Shown: positions 20,084 to 30,534, counted from the stretch's first letter. The stretch: 64,000 bases of DNA from an uncultured Pelagibacteraceae bacterium (GCA_902537845.1 CACBDC010000006.1:129-64128); one strand, 5' to 3'. Translations and numbers: made by a program. The notes: generated by a model not told the origin, from the sequence alone.

Positions 20084-21060
20084 TGAATAAAAAAAATTAT
20101 ATAAGTTTGGCCAATAAAGCTGCGGCAATCCAAATAAACGAAATGAAAAAGATAAAAAGAGTTTTTAATAAATCTTTTATCAAAGCTGTAGATTTAATAT
20201 TAAATTGTAAAGGTAAAGTAATTTTTGCAGGAATAGGAAAGTCTGGTTTGATTGCCCGAAAAATATCTGCAACTTTTTCAAGTGTAGGAATTCCAAGTTT
20301 TTTCTGCCATCCATCTGAAGCTTTACATGGAGATATGGGTCAGATCGAGAAAAAAGACATTCTTATTATAATGTCGTATTCAGGTAACACTGCCGAATTG
20401 AACAACATGTTAAAATATGCAAATCGATATCGAATAAAAATTATAGGTATAGCCTCAAAACCAGATAGTGTCTTAATTAAAGCGAGCGACGTCAAATTAA
20501 TTCTTCCAAAAGTGAAAGAAGCTGATGTGACAGGCATGGTCCCTACTTCGAGTACTTCTATTACTTTACTTTTGGGTGATTGTATGGCTACAACCATAAT
20601 TCATCAAAAAAAATTCTCTAAAGAAAAATTTAAAGTTTTTCATCCTGGAGGAAATATTGGTCGTACTTTGCTCTTGGCGAAAGACATAATGATTAAAGGT
20701 AAATCGATGCCTGTTATAAATCATAACAAAAAATTCAATGAAGCATTAAAAATAATGAATAAAAAAAAGCTTGGAATAATTATTATTTTAAAGAATAAAT
20801 ATATTGAAGGGATCGTTACTGATGGAGATTTAAGACGAGAAATTAAAAATTTTAATAAAGTAAAGGACTTAAAAAAACTAATGACAAAAAATCCTTTTGT
20901 CGTAAATGAAAATATGCCAGCATCAAAAGCTTTAGCAATCATGAATGAAAAAAAAATAACCAGCTTATTAGTTGTGTCTGATCAACATATGAGAAAAAAA
21001 ACTAAAACATTAAAAGGTATAATACATATTCACAACATATTAAAAAATGAGATTAAATGA
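20083..21060 (+). CDS. kdsD: arabinose-5-phosphate isomerase (KdsD/KpsF)
   Basis: GIGKSG, EALHGDMG, SYSGNT, PTSS, FHPGG, CBS pair. Confidence 0.93.
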   Translation: MNKKNYISLANKAAAIQINEMKKIKRVFNKSFIKAVDLILNCKGKVIFAGIGKSGLIARKISATFSSVGIPSFFCHPSEALHGDMGQIEKKDILIIMSYSGNTAELNNMLKYANRYRIKIIGIASKPDSVLIKASDVKLILPKVKEADVTGMVPTSSTSITLLLGDCMATTIIHQKKFSKEKFKVFHPGGNIGRTLLLAKDIMIKGKSMPVINHNKKFNEALKIMNKKKLGIIIILKNKYIEGIVTDGDLRREIKNFNKVKDLKKLMTKNPFVVNENMPASKALAIMNEKKITSLLVVSDQHMRKKTKTLKGIIHIHNILKNEIK

Positions 21061-21662
21061 GAGAAAGAAAAAAAAAATTACTATTTGCTCAAATAATATT
21101 ATTATTATCAGGTATTTTTATAATTATGTTTACCTATGTCAATCGAGATAAAGATCAAAATTCTCTGATTATTTCTAAAGACGATCAAAAAAAAATTAAG
21201 GACAAACTTATAAATGATTCTGAAGGTGGTAACGTATTTTACGATATTGAATATTCTGGAATAGATTTAGCAGGCAACAGATATATTCTCAAATCTGAAG
21301 AAGCATTTAATAACGAAAGTAATCAGGAAATAATAAATATGAAATTTGTACAAGCCATATTTTATTTTAAGGATGACACAGTTTTATATGTTTGGTCTGA
21401 TAAAGGATTGTACAACAATCGAACTTTAGATATGAAATTTGACGGAAATGTTAGAGTAAATTATGGGGAGAGTGAACTTTTTGCTCAGAAAGCAGAGTAT
21501 TCTAACCTGAAAAGCTATATTTCAATAACTGATGATGTATCAATTAATGATATTAGAGGAACTATGGTTGCTGATAGACTTCTTTTTGATATAAAAAAGA
21601 AAACTTTAAATATTGAATCGTTTAATGAAAATAAAGTGAATGCGAACGTAAAAATGAAATGA
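21057..21662 (+). CDS. lptC: LPS export protein LptC-like
   Basis: N-terminal TM plus beta-rich domain; lies between kdsD and lptB. Confidence 0.75.
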   Translation: MRERKKKLLFAQIILLLSGIFIIMFTYVNRDKDQNSLIISKDDQKKIKDKLINDSEGGNVFYDIEYSGIDLAGNRYILKSEEAFNNESNQEIINMKFVQAIFYFKDDTVLYVWSDKGLYNNRTLDMKFDGNVRVNYGESELFAQKAEYSNLKSYISITDDVSINDIRGTMVADRLLFDIKKKTLNIESFNENKVNANVKMK

Positions 21663-22414
21663 AAAAAGGATTTAGAATTTTAAAATTTAAAAAAGACAAA
21701 CCAATTTTTGAAATTAAAGATGTAAGTAAGTCTTTTGACGGAAGACCGATTTTGAAAAAACTCTCTTTAAAAGTTTTCCCTGGAGAATGTGTTGGAGTTT
21801 TAGGACCAAATGGTTGCGGTAAAACAACATTATTTTCTATGTGCATTGGAGAACAAAATGTAGAAGGTGGAAAAATATATCTTAAAGACAAATCAATTGA
21901 ACAAATTCCAATACATTTAAGATCTAAAGAAGGGTTAGGTTATCTTCCCCAACAAAGAAGTGTATTTAATATGTCAGTTTATGATAACATTCTAGGAGTT
22001 GCTCAAATTTCTATTAAAGGTGTTGATGCACAAAAAGCTATAACTGAAAAATTACTTGATGAATTCAACTTACAACATTTAAGAACTTTGAATGCTTCTG
22101 TCCTCTCAGGCGGGGAAATCAGAAGACTGATGATGGCTAGAGTAATGATTAATAATCCAAAGATAGTTTTACTTGACGAACCTTTAGCAGCCCTCGATCC
22201 ATTAGTAATACAGGATATACAAAAATATATATTGAAGATACAGTCTAACGGAACAGCAATTTTAGTAACTGATCACAATGTAAAAAATTTGTTTGACATA
22301 ACTGATCGTAGTTATGTTCTTGGTGAACATTCAGTAATTGCTGAGGGTTCTTCTAGAGAGTTATTAAAGTCCACAAAAGCTATAGAACATTATTTTGGAT
22401 CGCAATTCTCTTAG
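21659..22414 (+). CDS. lptB: LPS export ABC ATPase
   Basis: GPNGCGKTT, GLGYLPQ, LSGGE, LLDEP, TDHNV. Confidence 0.9.
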   Translation: MKKGFRILKFKKDKPIFEIKDVSKSFDGRPILKKLSLKVFPGECVGVLGPNGCGKTTLFSMCIGEQNVEGGKIYLKDKSIEQIPIHLRSKEGLGYLPQQRSVFNMSVYDNILGVAQISIKGVDAQKAITEKLLDEFNLQHLRTLNASVLSGGEIRRLMMARVMINNPKIVLLDEPLAALDPLVIQDIQKYILKIQSNGTAILVTDHNVKNLFDITDRSYVLGEHSVIAEGSSRELLKSTKAIEHYFGSQFS

Positions 22415-22420
22415 AAAAAA

Positions 22421-23767
22421 ATGCCAATAAAAAGTTTTAATCTTAAAGTAAAGCACAAAATTTTACCGTATAAAAAAACAATAAAAGTAGACTCTGATAA
22501 ATCGCTATCCATAAGAAGTTTTTTAATTGGGGCGATTAGTAATGATATTACAAATGTTAAAAATGTTTTGGAGTCTGAAGATGTATTATCAACGATAAAA
22601 TGTTTGAAAAAATTGAATGTTACAATAAAGAGGATAAAATCTAAAGAGTATAGTATTTTTGGAAAGGGCCTTGGTTCTTTTACAGCAAAAAATAATCTAA
22701 AATTAAATTTTGGTAACTCTGGAACACTAGCTAGACTTTTAATAGGTATTCTTTCAACTACACCTAATATAAAAATAAAAGTGATTGGTGATAATTCATT
22801 AAATAAAAGAAGTATGAAAAAATTAATTGAATTAATGAAAATGTTTGGCGCATCATTTTTACCAAAAAATAAGTTCAAATTTCCTCTACAAATAGTTTCA
22901 AGTAAAGTTCCTATAGGTATAAAATATTATGCTGGTGTTTCTGCTCAACTAAAGAGTGCTGTGATTCTTGCTGGATTAAATTCTTGGGGTAATACAACTA
23001 TAATAGAAAAAGATAAAAGCAGAGATCACACTGAAAATATGCTTTTAAAAAATAAAGATGTATTACAAATTAAAAATGGCAAAGAAAAAATAATTAAAAT
23101 TTTTGGGAAAAAAAATTTAAAATCATCAAATATCAATATTGCTGGTGACCCTTCGTCTGCTGCTTTTTTTTCGGCACTAACTTTGTTAAATGAAAATTCG
23201 TCACTTAAAATAAAAAAAGTTGGCTTAAATCCAACAAGAATGGGATTTTATAAACTTTTAAAAAAACACGGTGGAAAAATTAAATTTAAAAATCTTAAAA
23301 AAGAAAACAATGAAATGTTTGGGGATATTTTTATCAAGACAAGTAAATTAAAACCTATTTTTGCAACAATAAAATTTTACGTAAATTCTACTGATGAATA
23401 TCCAATTATGTTTGTTTTAGCGGCTTTAACAAAAGGTTGTTCTAAATTTTACGGAATCAAAGACTTAGCAAACAAAGAAAGTAATCGTATTACTGAGATG
23501 CAAAAAGTTTTGAGTCAAATCGGTATAAAAAGTGTCTCTTCAAAAAAACTATTAAAAATTTATGGAAAAGGCTTAATTGATTGTAAAAATAAAAATATAT
23601 TTGTTCCAAATTTAGGAGATCATCGAATTTGTATGGCAACTTTTATTTTATCAGTATTAACAGGTGCAAAAACAAATATAAAGAATTTTGAAACTGTTAA
23701 TACTTCATCTCCATCATTTTTAAAAATTGTAAAGACTTTAGGAGCAAAATTTGAAATACAAAAATAG
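22421..23767 (+). CDS. aroA: EPSP synthase
   Basis: DKSLSIRS, GNSGTLARL, SAQLKSA, RDHTE, KESNRI, DHRI. Confidence 0.95.
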   Translation: MPIKSFNLKVKHKILPYKKTIKVDSDKSLSIRSFLIGAISNDITNVKNVLESEDVLSTIKCLKKLNVTIKRIKSKEYSIFGKGLGSFTAKNNLKLNFGNSGTLARLLIGILSTTPNIKIKVIGDNSLNKRSMKKLIELMKMFGASFLPKNKFKFPLQIVSSKVPIGIKYYAGVSAQLKSAVILAGLNSWGNTTIIEKDKSRDHTENMLLKNKDVLQIKNGKEKIIKIFGKKNLKSSNINIAGDPSSAAFFSALTLLNENSSLKIKKVGLNPTRMGFYKLLKKHGGKIKFKNLKKENNEMFGDIFIKTSKLKPIFATIKFYVNSTDEYPIMFVLAALTKGCSKFYGIKDLANKESNRITEMQKVLSQIGIKSVSSKKLLKIYGKGLIDCKNKNIFVPNLGDHRICMATFILSVLTGAKTNIKNFETVNTSSPSFLKIVKTLGAKFEIQK

Positions 23768-24392
23768 ACTTTTGAGAATAACTTGTGATGGTGGAGCGGC
23801 AACTGGTAAGTCAACCGGAGCTAGATTAATTGCAAAAAAATATAATCTTGCCTTCCTGTCTAGTGGGCTTTTATACCGTTACGCAGCTTATTTAATTTTG
23901 AAAAATAAACCAAGAAATGAAAGAATTTTTTTAAAAAATAAATTTAGAAAACTTAATTATAAAAAATTGAATAAAATTAATCTTCATACTGTTAAAATTT
24001 CAACTTTTAGTGCCATCATCGCTAAAAAACTTTTCGTTAGGAATATTTTGAAGAAATATCAGCTAGATTTTATAAAAAGGAATAAAGGTTGTGTTTTAGA
24101 GGGAAGAGACTCCTCAACTAAAATTTTACCTAGTTCTGATGTGAAATTTTTTTTCATTTGTAATTTAAATATTGCTGCTAAAAGAAGGTATAAAGAGTTA
24201 AAAAAAAATAGTTCAAAAATAAATCTCTTATCAGTCAAAAATGCTTTAAAATTAAGGAATATTTCTGATAAAAAAAGAAAACATAGTCCTTTAAAAAAGC
24301 ATAAAAATGCTGTAGTTGTGGACACCGGAAAATTAAACAAACATGCAATGGTAGTAAAAATGTCAAAGTATATTGAAAAATTTATTAACTAA
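23751..24392 (+). CDS. cmk: cytidylate kinase
   Basis: DGGAATGKST, SGLLYR, EGRD; aroA-cmk-rpsA order. Confidence 0.9.
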   Translation: MKYKNRLLRITCDGGAATGKSTGARLIAKKYNLAFLSSGLLYRYAAYLILKNKPRNERIFLKNKFRKLNYKKLNKINLHTVKISTFSAIIAKKLFVRNILKKYQLDFIKRNKGCVLEGRDSSTKILPSSDVKFFFICNLNIAAKRRYKELKKNSSKINLLSVKNALKLRNISDKKRKHSPLKKHKNAVVVDTGKLNKHAMVVKMSKYIEKFIN

Positions 24393-24395
24393 AAT

Positions 24396-26117
24396 ATGGC
24401 CTCAGAACAAGAATTAAAAAATATAAGCTCATCCCAAAAAGAATTTCAAAGTCTATTAGATCAAGATTTTAAAGATAGAAAACTCAAGGAAAACGAAATA
24501 ATTAACTCAACAGTTACCGAAATTACAAAAAATTTTATTGTTGTTGATTGTAAAGCAAAAATGGAGGGAATGATTCCAATAGAAGAATTTAAAAATGATG
24601 ACGAACTATCCAAACTAAAAGTTGGATCAAAAATTGAGGTATATCTTGAGAGAATTGAGAGTTTTAAAGGAGAAATTATTATTTCTAGAGACAAAGCGAG
24701 GAAAATGAAAGCTTGGAAAAAAATGGAAAAAGTTTTTGAGTCTCAGGAGGAAATGACTGGTTACATCACTGGAAAAGTAAAAGGTGGATTTATAACCACT
24801 GTTGAAGGCTTACCTTGTTTTATGCCATCTTCTCAAATTGATGTTAAGCCTTTAAAAAAGATTGATCATTTAATGAATACTCCAGTAAAAGTTATTGCAA
24901 CAAGAATTGATAAAAATAGAGGAAATGTTTGTGTTTCTAGAAGAGCTGTTTTAGAAAAAAATAAAAATGCCGTTATAACTGAAGCTCTTAAAAATTTTAA
25001 AGAAGGTGACATTGTCGAAAACGCAATCGTAAAAGCAACGACAGATTGGGGAATTTTTTTAGATATTGATGGAGTAGATGCTTTACTGCACGTTTCGGAC
25101 CTTAGCCATGGAAGGGTGAAGAAGCCTGCGGATTTAGTTACTATTGGCCAAAAACTAAAAGTTAAAATTACTAAAATTGATCCAAAAACTAATCGTGTCT
25201 CAGCTTCTGTTAAAGCTTTAATTGAGGATCCATTTGATAATATTGAGAAAAAATACAAAGTTGGAGAAACTTATGAAGGTACAGTTACTAAGATTATGGA
25301 CTACGGTTGTTTTGTGAAGATTCAAGAGGGCGTAGAAGGTTTGATTCATAGCTCGGAACTTGACTGGACAAATAGAAATGTGAAGCCAAGTAAAGTATTG
25401 TCTGTGTCTCAAAAAATAAAATTTAAGATTGTTAACATTGATAAAGAAACAAAGAGAATTTCATTATCATACAAATCTACTTTAGAAAATCCTTGGGAAA
25501 AAATTAAAGATCTTGTCGGAAAAGAAGTAAAGATTGTTATAAAAAATATTACAGATAAAGCAATTTTTGGAGATTTAGTCGATTATGGTCTTTCCGGAAT
25601 GCTTCATTACAAGGAAATTTCATATGATGAAAACGTAGATAATCTAAAAAACTATAAAAAGAATGACACAATCAGTGTAAAAATAATAGAACTTAAAGAT
25701 GATAAGATTAGATTTTCAAAAAGAGCACTGGAAAAAGATCCTCTTGATTGGTTTAAAGATAATAAGAAAAAAGTTGGGGACGTAATAACAACTCGTATTC
25801 ATGAAGTTCTGAAGACAGGGGTAAAAGTGTCTATAGACAAAGAGAAAAAATTAATTGTAAATATTAAGAAATCTGATTTAGCTAAAGAAGTATCAGACCA
25901 AAGACCTGAAGTTTTCAGCAAAGACAATGCTTTAGATGCTAAAATTATAGATCTTGATCTTAAAAATAGAAGAATAAAACTAAGTCCTAAATCAGCCCAA
26001 ATGGACGAAGAAAAAACCCTTATAGCTAAGTTCGGGGAGGGAGCAACAAAATCAGGCGCGACTCTTAAAGGAATATTCGAAAAAGCTATTGGTAAAAGAG
26101 GTAAAAAAGAAAAATAA
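24396..26117 (+). CDS. rpsA: 30S ribosomal protein S1
   Basis: Repeated S1 domains (FMPSSQID, LLHVSDL, EGLIHSSEL). Confidence 0.96.
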   Translation: MASEQELKNISSSQKEFQSLLDQDFKDRKLKENEIINSTVTEITKNFIVVDCKAKMEGMIPIEEFKNDDELSKLKVGSKIEVYLERIESFKGEIIISRDKARKMKAWKKMEKVFESQEEMTGYITGKVKGGFITTVEGLPCFMPSSQIDVKPLKKIDHLMNTPVKVIATRIDKNRGNVCVSRRAVLEKNKNAVITEALKNFKEGDIVENAIVKATTDWGIFLDIDGVDALLHVSDLSHGRVKKPADLVTIGQKLKVKITKIDPKTNRVSASVKALIEDPFDNIEKKYKVGETYEGTVTKIMDYGCFVKIQEGVEGLIHSSELDWTNRNVKPSKVLSVSQKIKFKIVNIDKETKRISLSYKSTLENPWEKIKDLVGKEVKIVIKNITDKAIFGDLVDYGLSGMLHYKEISYDENVDNLKNYKKNDTISVKIIELKDDKIRFSKRALEKDPLDWFKDNKKKVGDVITTRIHEVLKTGVKVSIDKEKKLIVNIKKSDLAKEVSDQRPEVFSKDNALDAKIIDLDLKNRRIKLSPKSAQMDEEKTLIAKFGEGATKSGATLKGIFEKAIGKRGKKEK

Positions 26118-26399
26118 TTGTCACGTCAAAAGCTCATAAAAAAGCTCAAAAATAAATATCCAAATCTTAATAAAATTGAATTAGAAACTGTTTTAAACAT
26201 TTTCACAGGAAATATTGCGGGAGCCTTAAAAAAAGGTAATACTGTTGAAATAAGAGGGTTAGGTCGCTGGTACTGTAAAAAACTGAAAGAAAATTTTAAT
26301 GCAAGAAATCCTGCTACTAATGAATTAATATATAAGCCAGAACGTGCTAAAATTAGATTTAGACCATCAAAAAAATTAAAAAAAGTGATTAACGAATGA
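26118..26399 (+). CDS. ihfB: integration host factor beta / HU family
   Basis: VEIRGLG, ARNPATNE, FRPSKKLK; follows rpsA. Confidence 0.85.
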   Translation: MSRQKLIKKLKNKYPNLNKIELETVLNIFTGNIAGALKKGNTVEIRGLGRWYCKKLKENFNARNPATNELIYKPERAKIRFRPSKKLKKVINE

Positions 26400-27002
26400 A
26401 AAAACCAAAAATCTTTATTGCTTGTGACACAACAAATCTTGCTAAGGTTAAAAAAATTATAAAACATTCAAAAACAAATAGAATTATAATTGGTTACAAA
26501 TTTGGTTTAGAGTTTTTAAATTCTAAAAAAGGTAGACAATTTGTTTCATCATTAAAAAATAAAATTATTTTTGTTGATTTAAAATTAAATGATACCGTTA
26601 ATACAATGTTATCAGCAGTAAAGGCGTTGAAAGGCTGTTAAGAAAGTTTCAAGGTCAACAAAGATAGTAGGTGTTACGACTTTAACCTCGTTAAACAACA
26701 ATGATTTGAAACTGATTGGATATAATAAATCTGTAAAAAGTTTAGTTACTCATCAAGCAAAGCTAGCAAAAAAAGCAGCATTAGATGCTTTGGTTTGTAG
26801 CCCTTATGAAGTAAGTGATGTAAGAAAAATTTTTAAAAAAGAAATCATAACTCCTGGAATACAAATAGGAAAGAGAAATTACGATCAAAAACGTTCAATG
26901 GAAGCTAATAAGGTCAAATCTGATTGGCTGGTAATTGGAAGAGCTATTACTCAAGGAAATATAAAAAGGAACATTCAAAATCTTGCTAAAGAATTGAGAT
27001 AA
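26396..27002 (+). pseudogene. pyrF: orotidine-5'-phosphate decarboxylase, split by apparent internal deletion and frameshift near 26630
   Basis: N-part has IACD, YKFGLEF, DLKLND; +1 frame from 26631 continues KAVKKVS..GVTTLTS..VCS..TPGI..DQKR..VIGRAI; the T(V/I)H segment is missing. Confidence 0.85.
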
Positions 27003-27604
27003 TGAAAATTAAAGTTTGCGGTTTAAATCCAAACAGAGATGTTCAACTGTGCATTGATCTTAAAGTAAATTTTTTAGGATTTGTATTTTATGAAAAATCC
27101 CCTCGTAACGTAAATATTTCAGATATAAATATACTTTCTGAATATGATAAAAAAAAATCTGCATTTGTTGCAGTTACTATCAATCCGAGTGATGAGTTTA
27201 TCAAAAAAAATATTATAGGAAATTTTGATTACATCCAGCTACATGGATCGGAAACTAAAGATAGAGTGGCTGAAATCAAGAAAACAGGCTTAAAAGTAAT
27301 CAAGGCAATTAAAGTAAAAGAGGAAAAGGATATTGGTTTATACAGAGAATTTGATAATGCCGATATAATATTATTTGATACACCAGGTATGGAAAAATCT
27401 TTAGAATTTCCCAAAAATTTAATTACAAAACTTCCTATCGGAACAAAATATGCTCTAGCAGGATCCATCTCTGAAGATAATGTGGAAAATATAAGTAAAT
27501 TAGGGGTTAACTTTTTTGATTTATCCTCTAGTTTAGAAGGCCAATTAGGTTACAAAGATCATCATAAAATTAAAAGTTTTATTAAAAAAATTAATGAGCT
27601 CTAA
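27002..27604 (+). CDS. trpF: phosphoribosylanthranilate isomerase
   Basis: KIKVCGL, GFVFYEKSPR, QLHGSE, LAG, DLSSSLE. Confidence 0.93.
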   Translation: MKIKVCGLNPNRDVQLCIDLKVNFLGFVFYEKSPRNVNISDINILSEYDKKKSAFVAVTINPSDEFIKKNIIGNFDYIQLHGSETKDRVAEIKKTGLKVIKAIKVKEEKDIGLYREFDNADIILFDTPGMEKSLEFPKNLITKLPIGTKYALAGSISEDNVENISKLGVNFFDLSSSLEGQLGYKDHHKIKSFIKKINEL

Positions 27605-28826
27605 AATTAAAAAAAACATACCTCTTATTGACCAACACGATAAAAATTTTATGTATGGTGGAAAGTTTGGTGGTAATTTTATTCCTGAAACTCTAAAAAA
27701 ACCTATCGATGATTTGACAAAGTTGTTTGCAAAATTAAGAAAAGAAAAAAAATTTTTAAAAGAAAGAGATTATTTCTTTCAAACTTATGTGGGTGCTCCC
27801 ACACCTTTTATTAAATTGGAAAATTTGACAGACCATTTAGGAGGAGCACAAATTTATGCAAAAGTGGTTTCAGAAGCGAAGGGAGGGGCTCATAAAATTT
27901 ATGGGGCAACTGTTCATTGTATGATAGCTAAGAGAGCTGGAAAAAAATATGTGGTTGGTGATACAGGCGCTGGATATGCAGGAAAAATGCTATCAATGGC
28001 AGCAAAAAAATTTGGTCTTAAATGTAAAATCTTTATGGGTGCTAAAGATATTAAAAGACAAAGACCTAATGTCGAAGCTATAAGGAAAAATGGAGCAGAA
28101 ATAGTTCCTGTTACTACTGGAAGTCAAACACTTGTAGATGCTGTAAGCGAATGCATGAGATACTGGGTTTCTAATTGTGACACTACACATATGTGTGTTG
28201 GTTCAACAGTAGGTCCTAATATATTTATTAAAATTTGTGCATGGAGCACAGCTCAAATTTCGAGGGAATTAATCAAGCAAGTGCAAGAAGAATTTGGAAT
28301 GATTCCCAGCAAATTGAAATTAATTAATTGTGTTGGTGGCGGTAGTTCCGCAGCAGGATTTTGGAATGAATTTATAGATACAAGTGCACAGTTTATCGGT
28401 GTGGAAGCTGGAGGACCAAGAAATAGTAAGCTTCACGCAGCTCCATTAACAAATGGATCTAAAATCGGTATTCTTCATGGAGCTGCACAATATGTCATAC
28501 AAGATAAAGAAGGACAGATAGGATCAACAGAATCAATCTCTGCAGGACTTGATTACCCGGGAATTTCTCCTCTTCATTGTTTTCTTAAAGATACGAAAAG
28601 AGCAAAATATACCTCTGCAAGTGACGAAGAGGCTTTGAGAGCCTATCAACTGGTTTCGAAGCTCGAAAATATTTCTCCCTCACTCGAGCCATCTCATGCT
28701 TTTGCAGAAGCAATTAAATTAGCTCCCAAATTAAAATCATCCGAAGTTATTATTGTAAACTCTTGTGGCGATAGTCTTAAAGATAAAGATATTATTAAAC
28801 AAAAATTAGGATCATATAATAGATGA
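27594..28826 (+). CDS. trpB: tryptophan synthase beta (divergent)
   Basis: GGNFIPE, GAHK PLP lysine, CVGGGSS, SISAGLDYPG, LEPSHA. Confidence 0.92.
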   Translation: MSSKIKKNIPLIDQHDKNFMYGGKFGGNFIPETLKKPIDDLTKLFAKLRKEKKFLKERDYFFQTYVGAPTPFIKLENLTDHLGGAQIYAKVVSEAKGGAHKIYGATVHCMIAKRAGKKYVVGDTGAGYAGKMLSMAAKKFGLKCKIFMGAKDIKRQRPNVEAIRKNGAEIVPVTTGSQTLVDAVSECMRYWVSNCDTTHMCVGSTVGPNIFIKICAWSTAQISRELIKQVQEEFGMIPSKLKLINCVGGGSSAAGFWNEFIDTSAQFIGVEAGGPRNSKLHAAPLTNGSKIGILHGAAQYVIQDKEGQIGSTESISAGLDYPGISPLHCFLKDTKRAKYTSASDEEALRAYQLVSKLENISPSLEPSHAFAEAIKLAPKLKSSEVIIVNSCGDSLKDKDIIKQKLGSYNR

Positions 28827-29623
28827 GGTCAAAAATTGCAGAAGTTTTCGATAATTGTAAAAAGATAAAAAGACCAGCTTTGATTACTTATACTGTTGCG
28901 GGAGATAATACTAAAAACAATTCTTTAAAAATTTTAAATAAAATATCAAAACATGCTGATATTTTAGAACTTGGATTTGCTCATAATACTCCTATAGCTG
29001 ACGGAGGACAAATACAAGAAAGCTCACACCGAGCTATTAAAAATGGAATTAAATTAAAAGATGTTTTTCAAATAGTTAAAAAATTCAAAAAAAATAATCC
29101 TAATAAACCAATTATTTTAATGGGCTATTTTAACTTAATTTATCAAAACGGTGAAAATAACTTTCTTAAAAATTGCAAAGCTTCAGGGGTAGATGGTTTA
29201 ATTGTTGTTGATCTGCCTTATCCAGAGAACAAAATCTTTGCAAATAAGTGCAAAAAAAAATCAATTAATTTTATTCAATTATTGTCTCCTACGACATCAA
29301 AAGAGCGAATTAAAAAAATTATTAAAGACTCACATGATATGATTTATTACATATCTATGCTATCCACTACAGGTGGTAAATTAAAAGTATCTCCTAAAAA
29401 TATTCTTAAAAACTATAATAGAATAAAAAGAATCAATCCTAAAAAAAACCTAGTTATTGGATTTGGAATAACAAATAAGACCATATCTTCTCTAAAATCT
29501 GCTAATGGGTTAGTTGTAGGCAGCTTATTGTGTAAAACAATAACAAATTCACTCAAAATGAGACAAAATCCTGTCACAAATTTAGATAAAGTTGTGTACA
29601 ATTTGAAAAATAAAATTTTATGA
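28823..29623 (+). CDS. trpA: tryptophan synthase alpha
   Basis: ILELG, PIADGGQIQ, LMGYFN, DGLIVVDLP, GFGI, VVGS. Confidence 0.93.
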   Translation: MRSKIAEVFDNCKKIKRPALITYTVAGDNTKNNSLKILNKISKHADILELGFAHNTPIADGGQIQESSHRAIKNGIKLKDVFQIVKKFKKNNPNKPIILMGYFNLIYQNGENNFLKNCKASGVDGLIVVDLPYPENKIFANKCKKKSINFIQLLSPTTSKERIKKIIKDSHDMIYYISMLSTTGGKLKVSPKNILKNYNRIKRINPKKNLVIGFGITNKTISSLKSANGLVVGSLLCKTITNSLKMRQNPVTNLDKVVYNLKNKIL

Positions 29624-30534
29624 ATTGGATAACAAAATTTATTAAACCTAAAATAAAGTCACTTTTTGAAAAAAAATCATCTAAGACAGAAGGTAATCTT
29701 TGGGCTACATGTGGTTGTAAAAATCTTATTTATAAAGAAGATTTAGTTTCAAATCATAAAGTTTGCCCTAAGTGTGGGGCTCATCATAAACTTACTTGCA
29801 AAGAAAGATTTGAAACTTTTTTTGATAATAAGGAATTTGAATTAATTGAATTTCCTTTACCTAAAGACGATCCATTAAATTTTGAGGATAAAAAAAAATA
29901 CACTGATCGGCTAAATGCAGCTAGAAAATTAACTGGTCAAGATGATGCAATTTTGATTGCTAAAGGTAAAGTTCAAAACATTGACATGGTAGTTGGAGCA
30001 CAAGACTTTAGATTTATAGGTGGTTCTTTTGGAGCAGCATCTGGAGAGGCTTTTATCGCTGGAGCTCAACATGCAATTGAAAATAAAATGCCATATGTAT
30101 TTTTTAGCTGTTCTGGAGGACAAAGAATGATGGAGTCTTCTATTGCATTAATGCAAATGTCTCGAACTGCTTTAGCAGTGTCTGAATTGAAGAAGAACAA
30201 TATCCCTTTTGTAGTCGTCTTGACAGATCCAACAACTGGTGGTGTTACAGCGTCTTGGGCGATGTTAGGTGATATTTTAATTGCAGAGCCAAAAGCAACG
30301 ATTGGATTTGCAGGCAGAAGAGTAATTCAGGATACTGTGCGTGAGACCTTGCCAGATTCTTTTCAAACAGCAGAGTATGTGAAGGATCATGGTGGTATTG
30401 ATTTAGTTGTTGAAAGACAATATTTAAACTCAACAATAGGTACACTGCTAAATGTACTATTGAAAAAAGCAGAGGCTCAGGCTAAACAAGACTCGAATGT
30501 CACGGTCGATAAGTCTCTACAAGCAGCTAGCTAA
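29620..30534 (+). CDS. accD: acetyl-CoA carboxylase carboxyltransferase beta
   Basis: Zn-finger Cys residues, FIGGSFG, SGGQRMME, DPTTGGVTAS, GFAGRRVI. Confidence 0.95.
   Translation: MNWITKFIKPKIKSLFEKKSSKTEGNLWATCGCKNLIYKEDLVSNHKVCPKCGAHHKLTCKERFETFFDNKEFELIEFPLPKDDPLNFEDKKKYTDRLNAARKLTGQDDAILIAKGKVQNIDMVVGAQDFRFIGGSFGAASGEAFIAGAQHAIENKMPYVFFSCSGGQRMMESSIALMQMSRTALAVSELKKNNIPFVVVLTDPTTGGVTASWAMLGDILIAEPKATIGFAGRRVIQDTVRETLPDSFQTAEYVKDHGGIDLVVERQYLNSTIGTLLNVLLKKAEAQAKQDSNVTVDKSLQAAS

Noticed and set aside
26620-26645. Programmed frameshift explanation for split pyrF
   Set aside because: A conserved barrel strand is absent in both frames, so recoding could not restore the enzyme
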